Shown one piece after another: positions 25,545 through 37,800 of a DNA stretch of 64,000 nucleotides. This stretch comes from Nemertoderma westbladi (taxonomy: Eukaryota > Animalia > Xenacoelomorpha). The translations under genes were made by a program, and so were the position numbers. The DNA lies in assembly GCA_032718475.1 (NCBI GenBank), contig JAUCBJ010001327.1, positions 1-64,000 on the forward strand. Direction: 5' to 3'. Numbering within the stretch: position 1 is the stretch's first letter; each line of letters starts with the position of its first letter. The notes under the pieces were generated by a model. It worked only from the letters and a program-made list of their open reading frames with translations. It was not told where the DNA came from and ran no database searches.

Positions 25545-28500
25545 CTACGGACGCAGCGACTCGTATAATACCAAAACAACACACCGGTCAGGGTTTAGCA
25601 ACCAACTCCTAGGTCCCATCACATCGCATCTAATGTAATCTACAATCCCGACGCCTTTGTCGCTCACGTCACCGAATACATGGAGTTTGTAAGTCTGCAG
25701 GGAGTCTACATTTGGGAAATATGCTCTGGGTAGAGAAAACTTCTCCAAGTAAGGTAAGGACCGTTCCCATCGCCACCAGTCTTCCAATAGTGCCCCTGTC
25801 AAGGGGTCGTCCCAACAATCATTCTCCTTCCACATTCGCTGAACGAGATCTCGAGCTAGTAAAATAACTGGACTGATAAATCCAAGAGGGTCGAAATAGG
25901 TGCTAAGTATGCTGAGGCAAATACGTTTGGTTCGAATTTCACCCTTTCTTAACTTGACTTTAAATACCATAGTATCGCTTTCTGTTAGCCAACGAAGTTC
26001 TAACATTTTAGCCTCTGGCAGGTCGTCCTTGTTTAAGTCTACCCAGTGAAAAATGCGCATGCATATCCCAAGTGTTTTTAAAGCATCATGCGTTTTTATT
26101 GCGGCTCAATAAATAGCGATAAAACTCTTGTGATGTGCATGTGAATCACATGTAAAATAGGGAAGCGATTCCACGCATGCAATTCACAACTTATTTTACG
26201 CATGTGATTCCGTGCGTGAAAATAGCATGGGAATCACACCTCATTCAACGCTTATTTTACGCATGTTTTACACCATGATAATCTCATGCGTTAATTCAAA
26301 TGCGAATCGCATGAATTTAATTACACCAAAGATTATTAATTAAAATAAAGTTGCCTAACAAGAAATAAATAGTTTTAAAATAAAAAATTGATGAATATGA
26401 ATTATCTAATATGGCTGTCGAATTCAGGAGATTATATAAATTTATTTTATAGAATTGAAAATTATAGGGAATAGTTAAAAGTGTATCATAGTTATTCTAA
26501 TCTATTTGTATTATCCTTTATATAAACAACAATTTCTAGTATTGATTCATACAGCATGTTTAATGTTCTATGTCTAGAAGGTGTAATGTAATGTAATGTA
26601 AAGGTTAAAGTACAGTAGGCAGATGGTACGGAAACCCATAGTATCACACAGTAGTGGAATAATCAACTACTGTATCATATTTTCTGACACAAGGTCTAAA
26701 TATATTACACAAAAATCCCAACCAGTAGATTTTTGCGATATTTATGCGTCATGATGCTTGAAAGTCGCAAGTGAGTCACAAGCATGTGAGTTTTATGCGT
26801 CTGGACGCAAGTTGTTGTGATTTTTATGCGACTTAACGCAAGTTGTTGCGACATTTATGTTACATAACTCAAGTAGATCGTTTGCGTAAAGGTCGGGCCA
26901 TAACTCTTGGGAATCACATCAGATACGCCTGCGTTGCACGCTTGCGATACGCTTGCGCACTTTTCACTGGGTAGTTCGGTATCATCATGCTCTGCAGGGG
27001 GTATAGCCTTCAGAAACTCGCGGGAATTGCTAGTGAATTTCGTAATGCGAAATCCTCCAAGTTTCAGGCAGTTTACTGTCCCTTGAGCAATGTCTATGGC
27101 TTCCTTAACGGTCGGGGCTATTTCAAGTTATTGTTCATGTAAATATCCCTTTTGATATTATCTACGATGGATGGTGGAAATGTATCCCGATTGTCGTCAG
27201 CTGTTACGTGTAGCACTGAACATGAGTTCGATGGGCTGGAAATGATACCGAACGCTTGAATGGTCATGCGATGCTCTACTGGATCAGAATTTAAGTCTCC
27301 TTCTGTCCACCACAAGAAATGCATGCTGTCCCGGTCAATATCTAATGCTTTAACTTGCAGGAACATACCCTTTATGTCTGAAGCAAAGGCAATGGCATAT
27401 TGTCACATGCACATTAATATTCCGGGTAGAGACTGCAACAAGCTGGGTCCGGGTAGTAGTTCCGAGTTAAGGGATTGTCCTTGGTACTTAGCCGAACCAT
27501 CAAACACTACCCTAATACGTCCTGGTTTGTCTTCCCTTTCAACATAATGGTGAGTAAGGTAGTATATCCTGTCAGTCTTGGGGGTGTCTGGTGGGACCAG
27601 TTACGCATATCCCTTGCTTATGAATTTAGTCATTTGCTCCTTGTATAACTCATGAGCTGTCGGGTTGGCGGTGAGACACCTTTCCAGTTGTAAAATGCGT
27701 TTATGCGCAAGCGTCTCGTTATTAAATAGTTTGGGTTGGGGGGACCGCCAGAGAAGCCCAACTACGTATTTGCCTTGTTCCGGTAAAAACCTAGTTGTGG
27801 TTCTCTGAATCTGTTTTGCTCGCTCCTCTTCCACTGACAATGCCTTGTCGTTGGAGTTTTGCTCAAGTATTTCCTGCTGCATCAATGTGATGGTATGCTC
27901 TTTGAGTTTTAAGATACGCCTGGCTTCCTCAAGCTCATTCAGTTCTTGCTGCAGGTCAGGAGGTGCATGCAGTAAATTACACAACTCCAACTGGGTGCTG
28001 AGCAATTCTTGGTCGGTCATTAGGGACACAATGTCGGATTCACTGTACCTTGTAAGGAAACAGTCTTGGTCTGAGGACAGGGATGCGTCACTATCACTGT
28101 CGGTTTGGTCAGGGGTAGTAAATATGTCCTCTTCAGTCTCTACGGTCTCATTACAGGGGTGGGTTACTAAATTGCAAGTGTCGGTGTCTGTATTTGTCGG
28201 TCCTTTCCGTTCTAATAGAGTTTTCCGGGAAGGCCGATACAGAACCATCCCACTCTCGCCCGACAGGCGGAGGCTGATATTGGTTCCGGATGTCTGGGTC
28301 CCGTTTCTCCAGAATATCTAAAGCCTCGGGTACATTTTGGCTTATCAACATCTGTACGCCTGGGTAGTCTGGGGTGAAACGGGGAATGTTATGATTGCGT
28401 ACAAGGGCGTCATCATCCCAGTTGTAGGCTTTGGTCTTACTTTTGGCAAAATTCCGGTTGATGACCATCTTGATGTTAGAGACCCTGTCCCGGCCACTGG

Positions 28501-31500
28501 TATCTTGCGGGGTGGACAGGGATGCCTTATAGAACTTTGTCTCAATGGTAGATTGCCAACGTTTCATTATCCCAGATAATTTTAGTTTCATGTCATGGCC
28601 CTGTTCCCTGGCGAACAAGGATTCTGCTAACTCTGCGTCTATGAAGGTGCCCGTACTTCCGGTATCTATTAAGGCATTTACCACAATGCTACTACTTCCC
28701 GCGTGGAGCCGGACTTGGAGCACCGGGAACTCTCTGACTCCGACATCCTGAAATGACTGGGTGCCGGGATTGTTCTCCAATTTGAAACAATCTTCCGATG
28801 CGGGATCCTCATAGGCAAAGGCTTCATACACACTGACGTGGTTATAGCATTCATCGTCGTCAGTAAACCGTCCGTGATAGAATATCCGTGCTCGTAATCG
28901 GTGAAGTGTGCACGTTGGTCAAGCTCTTCCTTCAGGGTCTGGTCTAGGTGTAGCAAAGGGTGATGGGAGCCCTGACATACTGGACACGTTTTTACGTTCA
29001 TTAGCCCACACTTACATCTCAAATGTCCCGGTCTAAGACACAAGAAGCATGTCGACAAGTCCAAAACCGTCTTTCGTCTCTCCTTTTGTGTCTTTTTTAA
29101 GAAGGTGTTGCATCTCGCAAGTGGATGTGCGTCTATTTTACAAAGGGGGCACTTAAGGTTGGTGGTGCCGGCTGTGATTGTGTTATAGGTCTCCGTGGTC
29201 GCCTTACGATTATCCACATATGCTTTCTTGGGGGCGCTATTAGCCTTGGAAGGAGGCATCCTCCTATTTGGTTTGTCTTGGCCACTGTGTTTATTTTCAC
29301 CTCTGGAGTTCACGTCACCGTAATATATGCTTTCACATCCCTCGTTGTCAGAACCAGAATGATCAGAGGGACACTCTTCATAGTTGGTGACATAAGCGTA
29401 TCGCTTCTTGGTTGCTGTCTTATCAGTGTTTTTTATGTCTGAACGGGTGCTTTTTTCCCGGTTCATTGTGATAAGATACGTGGAGGTTTCGGCCTTCAAG
29501 AAACTTCTAAACGAGTCCATATCAGGGAAACATCCGTGTTTAAGTTTGTAATTGTAAGTGTATCGATCCTATCTGGTCCCAGTGGAGCCCTTTGGAAGCG
29601 CACTGGAAACAAGCTGTACTGTCATGATTGTATTGTACACTTGTTTCTGCCCTAGCCAATCAAGCTGGCAACAAATTTCCTCGACTTCATCTCTAAACTC
29701 TACGATCCCGTTTTGAGTAGATCTATTTTTAGAGATTAATCTGTCATACATGTTGCGTGCCAAGCTTTCTTCATTGGCATACCGTTCCTTTAGGGTATCC
29801 CAAACAGTGTTGATGCCGTCTACATGGCCCACATATTTTGCAACCATCTGTTTAGGGGGTCCTTCCAGACAACTAATTAAATATCTAAGCTTCTCACGTT
29901 CACTTAATGGCGATTCTAGAATACTGTCTTTGCAGAACTCCGCAAAGGGTAGCCATTTCAGTTCGTCACCATCAAACTTTAAAATTTGACCTGAGGAGAC
30001 GCACTGTCGAGCCTCATTCCTAGCCATATGTCTGGTGAGGTCGGTTTGGACTGCCGAAGAATTTAATAAAAGGTCGGTTAGATATGAGCTTTGGTCGTTC
30101 TGATGTACTGTATTCTCGGCATGAATACCACTCACATCGGAGGCACGTTTTAAAATTTTTACACCCAGCAAGGGCTACACCCTCAAGAGTCGTCGTCGTC
30201 CAGGGGTCTTGGTTGCTTGATATTTTGTATATAACGGTGGGCGTTATGTAGGCTGGGACCTAACAGGGGTGCATAGGCCTCTGAAGGTGAAGGAGGGTCA
30301 CCTTGTGGGAATGCCTCACCTGGGATGTCTGGCGCAAATCTGACTCCACTTCTGGGGTAGGCTTCCCTTTGCTTGTTAGGGGGGACTGATATCCGACCGC
30401 CAGATGACAACTGCGTTCCTAGTCCCGGATGCCGGGTCCCCACTGGTGCCATTGCTTTTGTGGCTAAGTGGGTCGATCCAGGTTCCAGGTGCCTGTCCTC
30501 AAACTGGTGTTGACGGTTATAGTACATCATTCACTTTCACATCTTTCACTAGCATTGGTGGAGTTTCCTTCATCCGACGAAGCATAAGTCCATCTAATCG
30601 GCTGGTCTCATCCTCCAGTTGAGTGTACTCTTTCCTTACATTGATTTTCACTTAACCTTTTTAGCATTATTTTGTTTTTTAAAACTAGATCGGCCTCCGT
30701 GAGTTCGTTTTCCAGCTGCTCGGCTTCTAACTGCAGCCTAGCTGTTTCCTTGGCAATTTCTAACTTTATTTCAGCAGCGCGCTTACTGGTTTTATTACTT
30801 AGCTGGTTCGCGCTTAGCTGTAACTCCATTTCCAAGATTTCCTTATCAGCCTTATGTCCCTCTATCTGTGCCCGCAGGTCGCGCTCAGCGTCTATGTCAT
30901 CTAGGATGGCTGCTGATTCAGGGCTGGAGGGGGCCAAACCCTTTAACCTCCTACGAAGTTCGGTCTCTCCTACCACAGCTATTTAAGACTGTAGATAATG
31001 GGATATTGCATCCATATCCTCATCTTCCTTGGAATCCTCTGAGTACGTGCGCAGATTGCTCGGTGCTACGGTACCGGAACAGGCTATATCCACACCTGGG
31101 GGAATGGTCGGCCCATGAAGCTTTTCAAGGGTGAGTGCCTTCCCAGCTATTACTGCTACTTCAGCTAACTGTCTGCAGACTATAGCAGTGAGCTCCGCGT
31201 CATGATATCTACTAGATACATCCTGAAGGCGGATAAAAATAGCCGGATTCTGCAGACCAGTTCCTTAACCTTAAAATATGCAACTGGGTTCGTCCTAGGG
31301 TCAGGCTGCACGGTCTGTAGCTCATGTGTAAGGGTTCCTATATGCTGATTGAAGTCAGCTACATGGTCATAAACTAAAGCGGACAGCTCTTCCGTGCTGC
31401 ATGGAACCTGGGGAACCTTTAGTTTGTATAGGTCTGACCATGCCATATCATCGAACCGGAAGAACTTACGAAGTTCCGGGTGGGCATAATGTAGATTTAT

Positions 31501-31578
31501 TAAGTGGTGTAATTCCTCCCCATAAACTTCCTGTTCAGAAGCTCCAGTTCCGGTTGCCACCCTTTCCGGGTAACTCAA
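25545..31578 (-). pseudogene. Gag-Pol of element A, with many stops and frameshifts, interrupted by a TIR element
   Basis: ORFs 31180-31578, 30608-30976, 29569-30171, 28678-29520, 28151-28831, 27601-28248, 27118-27366 and 25545-26060 align colinearly with Gag-Pol of elements B and C. Confidence 0.9.
26042..26971. mobile_element. Non-autonomous CMC/EnSpm-like DNA transposon in pol of element A
   Basis: TIR CCCAGTGAAAARTGCGCAWGC with a 2-bp TA duplication. Removing it restores the pol reading DDTELDLNKDD. Confidence 0.88.
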
Positions 31579-32375
31579 CTAATAATGTCAAATTAAACTA
31601 CAGTCACACAAGTAAACTCTTTGACCCAGTCAATAATTCGCACGGAAATGCACCTGGAATAGTTGCACTCGCACAATGCCGCACAACAGAATTTACCAAT
31701 GTTATTATAATACTATAACACATCAAACCAAACTACAGTATCACTCCAAATAATCGCGGGATTGTCTATATTATCTTTTGTCAATAACGCAACTTTACGC
31801 TTCACATGTCGCCAGCCCATGGATTACGCTGCCCGCAGGGAACGCAGGTCTAACAGCTCAACACGTTCGGAGCATTACACATCGTGGACAATGTAATGTT
31901 TTAAATCCCTTAACAATTCGTCGACAAAGCATTCAGTTCTCAATATCAAATAAAATAAAAACATGTGCAAATAACACAACACTAGTTATACACGTTATTG
32001 AAGTAGTTTACTTACACGGAAACCGCTGAGTGAAGTAGGTATAATAAACTGCGCAGTTTTATTATAGCCCACTACCACAGTGCTCTTGGTGTTCGAGATG
32101 TTAATGTAATTAATTGTACAGGGAGGTGAACACTGTCTTGGGGGCAGTGTTGGGAAGCAATGTTTCGCTGTCAAGGCTTTTATGGGGGGCTGACCTACAG
32201 ATGCCGTCTGTCTGTAACTCTTATGAGTGTTATCAAGTGCCTTGGGGTACCTGCCGCATAGCAGGAACACTCACGAAAGTATGTATGTATATATATATTA
32301 TCTAATATATATATCTGAACTATATTGTGTTGTTGGCGAGTAAATGTACGTGTGGCTTACGTATATTACAGGTAG

Positions 32376-33239
32376 TGTAAAAGCTTTTGCGGACATAACT
32401 AGTAATTTTTACGCAATGCGCAGAATACTCTAAAATAGCCCTAAAATTGTTCAACTACGCGTCGGAAAGAAATTAGAACCAAGATGACGAAATCTATCAG
32501 CTGATTCTTTGTGTACGTGGAGGTTTCTTTCTTCAGGCTTATTCAGCCAATCAGAGCAATCTTCCCCATTATGCCAGTAGAGACCTACCTGAGGAAACTA
32601 GTGCAATGCATTATGGTTATGGTTTTTCTGAGAATTAGATTCATCTCAGAATTCTGTACTAACTATGGTCGTTTCAGACTTTGGCCCAGGAACATCTGAT
32701 GGCCTTAGTTATAAGAATGTAAATCTATTAACTGAATCACCTTGTCATTTGACTTAACTCAATTCATATCGCATTTCATATAACTGAACACATACTGACT
32801 GTTCACCGCACTGTTTTACTGCTGTTTTATATTGTGTTGATTGTTGTTTATTAATGGATGTTATATTTGGAGAATACCGATAAATAATCATAAACCCCCT
32901 CAATCTTCTTGATTACTGAGGTAAGCGGAGAAAGAGTCTACCGGTAGCAACTGCGACTTAAATTATAGTGGTTTTTGTGTGAATTAAATGCTATTTCATA
33001 ATCCTACGTTATTATATAGTAGCGATCAATCGAATAATACAAAGTAGCTTATACCGCAATACTTCTTAAGGAACCCGAATCCAGTCTCCCACACCATGGG
33101 TCATACGCCGCGCACGGACTGGCTTCGGCAGATGAAACTTCAGTACACCAGGTAAGTGGTAAGGGCTAAAGTCGATTCATAATCAAAAGCACAATTAAAA
33201 TTGGCAGGTTAAACTGCTAAAGGTCTGAAAGCGCGAACA
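32376..33239 (+). repeat. 5' LTR of element B (864 bp)
   Basis: TGTAAAAGCTTTTGCGG...GCGCGAACA is a direct repeat of 49791-50910, lacking ~260 bp near 33009. Confidence 0.95.
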
Positions 33240-34820
33240 TTAATAGATTTCAGTTTCTTTATTGCGCAGTAGGCAATAAATAGATTTTGTCTAATGTTCT
33301 GGTAGAACATTAAAAGATTTAGACTCTTTATTGCGCAGTAGGCAATAAAATCAAACGTACCGGTCGGACGGTAAACTGTAGGCCTATTAACCCGAACCGG
33401 TACTTACCCAGTATTATTTCGATTGTGAAATATTGTATATTATAGGCTGTTAGGGGATTAAGGATTGATCACCCCTTATTCCTTTGTATGGTTTACTTAT
33501 TTCTGTCAGTTTTATTTATCGGTAAGTGTAATATTGAGCAGAAGGTGTGTAAGCCTGCTCAGATTGTATAAATAATTTGTAGGCCGGATTGTTGTCTAAC
33601 TGTTGTTAGGTCTCAGGCGATTGCAGTGTATGTAGAGTGTCTGTCCGATAAAGTGCTAGTTAGGAAGGTGGAGGCATCCAGTGCTGTAAGGTAAATCCTC
33701 CACGAAAGAATAAGTCGTACTACGTAGTTAAAACGCCTACTAACTAACCATTTCGGAGTTTGCATATACTGTAGTTTATTTAGGCTTGATAGTAGTCTGC
33801 CAGCATTTGGTCTGTGTTTTATTTAAATAGTCTGTGTGGGTAGCGTAATATTTATTATTCAGAGTTTATGCAAGTATTTGCAACCTACAACTCCCCAAGT
33901 TTATTCCTTACAGTAATTATGCTAGTTATGCATACCGTTATAGTTAAATTAACCCTGGTACTACTTCAGGGCTGCTTGGCATAGGTAAAGACTGGTGATT
34001 TTGTGCTCCGGTCACTCCAGCAGATACCGTGGTTCTTTTGGCTGTTTACGTATATTTAACTGCTAGTTATATGTTGTATAAGTACTTGTACCTAATTTAG
34101 GGTTTAGAGTACAGTGCTTTCCTGAAAGTAATTTAGTGTGTAGGCATTATATTTGTGTTGTAACGTGTTTAATAGGTCCGTTAGCTCTGGTTGGCTTCGA
34201 TAATTAACCTCTAGGTATAGGACACTCCGGGTACATAACATAGTGCTTATAGTTTAAGACTATAAGCCGTCAGATGGTGGTATTTCCTTATCTGGACAAC
34301 GCAACTTACTTAATACTACTTTATTGGTTTCAAATACCGTAATTTCCTGTCAGTTTGTAAGAACCAGATATTCTAACTCCTTGTTAGTCTGGTTCGTAAA
34401 TTTCTTGTTAAATTACCCTAAAAATTGTACGTGTAACTTGTTTATTGTTTATTTAGAGATTGTGTAATCTCAACCCGTTACGTAAGTAATTTGTAGTGAT
34501 AAATAACTTAGTTAAGTAGAATTATCAGTATTAGTGTCTAACAAGTAGCACTCCACTGAGAGCATCAAGCTTCTGTGTAGTGACTTCTTACACAGAAATA
34601 ATAACATTTATTTCAAATATTGTCAAAACCCATTACGGGTATATATATATATATTTATAAATTAATTCAATCAGATTTATAAAATAATAGGCCTGTTATA
34701 CATCAATTAGGTCTTAATATCAGTTGAACTACTGCTTAATATCAGTAATAAAGTAAAGGGAAGGAATTCCTAAAATTTGGAAAATCAGTTATTATTAAAT
34801 AATTGACATTACCGGTATTT

Positions 34821-37800
34821 GGACTTCACCCCATTAGTGACGGAGCCAAATTTATTTTGGACTCTTTAGATGCGGAGATATTAGCTGTGGAGCAGGCTAA
34901 ATTTGACGAAAGCATTCTCATCGCAATGGACAAAGAAGAACAAATAAAGAAAAAGCAAATAGAAGACCGAAAGGTAGCAGCAGCGGCGGCAGCGGTGGCA
35001 GCGGCAGAAGCTGAAAGAAAAGCGGCAGTGGCAGCGGTAGCGGCAGAAGCTGAAAGAAAAGCAGCAGCGGCAGAGGCTGAAAGAAAAGTAGTAGCGGCAG
35101 AAGCTGAAAGAAAAGCGGCAGCAGCAGCGGCAGTGGTAGAAGCAGAAAGGAGGGCATCGGAAGCGACAGCCCAACTAGAGTTGGAGAACCTTCAGGCGAA
35201 ACAAGATTAATTAAATAAACAAAGAGCAGCTACTCAGATGCAACTACTGAGTCGATCTACTCCCAGAAGACAGGGATTTACCTCCTCGGATGAAAGAGAT
35301 ACAACTGATCCCGAGGGTAAAAGTAATAAATCTCGTTCAAACGGACGTAGAAGAGCGCCCCACCGGCATAAGTTGCCTAACTTACCCCCTGCGGTGAGAA
35401 GGGAGCTAGCTAGTGTAGACTTAAGTAATCGAGAGCCAACAGCCCAAATTATTAGAGTAGAAAGACTTCCTACTATAGTAGATTAGCCAGAAATAATTAG
35501 GCCTGTTGGTGAAGCCACTCCCTTGATAGAGACCCCTTTGCTCCAAGAACCTAACTCTAAATTCCCTTTGCACAGTACCAAACTACCTGTGCCCAGTAGA
35601 CAACTGCTGGAATCCCAAACAGTCCTGGACGCCGAGTAAGACATTATAAACAAATTTGTCTCCCATCGTCCCGATGCGCCATCCAGCTACTACGTTGGCG
35701 ACTCCCACCTCCGCGGTTGAGTGGATGGACGAGGGACGATGGGGGATGGAGCAGTTGCTCGGACAGCTCAATGATAATAAACTTGAGTCTTCCAAACAAG
35801 GAATTGAAAGGGACTGTTCAATTGTTAAAGGGAACAGTAAGTTAGAGTTAGTAGGTTAGAGCTGCAAGAAGTACAGCAAAATATCGCTCTAGAGCGCGAT
35901 AAATTAGTAAATATACAAATGGGTATACCACCACCCCCTGTAACAATGTGTCAGCCCGTTAGGTCTGAAGTATTTCATGCGCAAGGTGTTGATACTGATA
36001 TCCCATACAGATCTGATAATAATCCGAGAAATTTATATACCGATAATTCGATATTAAATAATACGATAGCTCAAGAAAGTTTTCACGTCAGATGGCTAGA
36101 ACTGAAGCCCGTCAAGCGGTAAAAGTGGGAGAGGTCGTCAAGTTCAATGGAGATGAGATGAAATGGTTACCTTTTAATGAATATTACAAAGATAACATAC
36201 AGAACTCTGTACTATCCAACGGAGAGAAACTACGATTCCTCATCAAATGCTTGGAAGGACCTTCCAAGTTAATGGCGTTAAAGTTTATTGGATATCCGGA
36301 TGGATTGAGACAAGTTTGGGAAACATTAAACATCAGGTATGGTAATAGGACTAACATAGCTAGGTATCTGTATGCGAAATTAGTAGCGCCCCGAAAGTTT
36401 CTTAGCAGCGGGATTATAGAGTTTTCCGATGAGATTCAGGAGATCTGTAGACAGCTAGACTGGTTAGGTAAGTCTCAGGAATACCAGAGTTCTATGGTTG
36501 TTGGAGCCGTAGCTTCAACTTTGCCAAATGGTGGAGTAGGTACTCGCTGGGACAATCTCGCTGGGTTCTCTATTTAATGGACCAACAACATAGAGACCCT
36601 ACAATGGCTGATCTCATGTCGTTCTTAAACGGAGAGGTAAGATTACAGCTCCTAAAACAGTCTAGAGAGAAGACACCGGAAAGTAAGGTAAGTGAAAAAC
36701 CCGTTACTAGGAGAAAGGTAACACCAGTGTGTTATACAGATGATTGCGAAAGCCAAACGTCATATGACGAGAATAGCGGCAAGGACACCGAAAGATCTTA
36801 TTATGTCAACAAAGTTAGGAAAGATGTAAGTAAATCTAAGTCTCGAACCAGTGACAGGAGAGAACAGGTAACAACTCCCCCTACATCTCCTAAGAGAATT
36901 CATGGAAGCAAGCCCAAAGAAAGAGCTAGCGTACACAACACGACGCAGGTTAAGGTAAGTAACATCAAACCTAAGTGTGTATTGTGCGACGGGCCACATC
37001 GCTTGAGTGGGTGTGATGAATTCTTAAAGAAAACATTGAAGGATAGATGTGATGTCATGTGGGATAAACAGTTGTGCTATAACTGCCTCAGGCCAGGACA
37101 TCAACGAAGAACCTGCTACTCAGACGCGAGGTGTGCTAAGTGCGGCGCGAAACATCATATCTTGCTGCACACCGAGTTTGATAGGACCCGTACGAGTCAG
37201 GTGAGTGAGCCCAAACTACATGTCCAATTCAGTGATATGAACGACACTGACCACAGTTCGGAGATGGAAGGATTCTGCACTGATGAATTTTCAGACGAAA
37301 ATGAATCCTGTTATATGATCAACACAACTGTGTATCGAGCACTTACGTATGAGACCGAAACGGAGAACCCCAACTGTCTATTCCAGATCGACAGCTCTCT
37401 GGTAAAGCCCCAACATCATCTGTCGGTATCCATAGAGTTTCCCGTAGTGCAACTGAGGGTCCATGGGATAGGGAAGAGCTTAATAGTGAACGCCCTCCTT
37501 GACTCCGGCAGTACAGGCACTTTTATAGACAAAGACCTAGCCGAAGATATCTTTGCTGGTCAACCAAAGTTCCGAACCAAACTGAACCTTTCCGGAATTA
37601 TGCAGGTTTGGAAATCCACAGTATCAACAGATTACTATGTGGGTTCGTTGTCCACTCCCCAAGATGAACTCAGAGAAAATAGTGTAAGGTCAGTCAAGAT
37701 GGTGGCGATAAAGAACTTTGCTACTAGCCAAGTGGAGCCTTACAACTGGGACGAAGATCATTTTACCCAGCAATACAACATACCTAGATTCAATACCGAT

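Larger units (their letters stand above)
23890..31600 (-). mobile_element. BEL/Pao LTR retrotransposon A, degraded, integrase deleted, LTRs not identified
   Basis: Gag (KFDGDELKW, EKLRYLISCLEG; knuckles CPLC..H..C, CFLC..H..C, CPVC..HH..H), protease ALIDTGS, RT, and Pao RNase H region (YFDPLGFISP, LHVFGD), followed by an extra-ORF homolog. Confidence 0.9.

Noticed and set aside
34881-35174. Cys-rich and Leu/Pro-rich antisense ORFs (also 60996-61352)
   Set aside because: Shadow frames of the Gag Ala-rich repeat.
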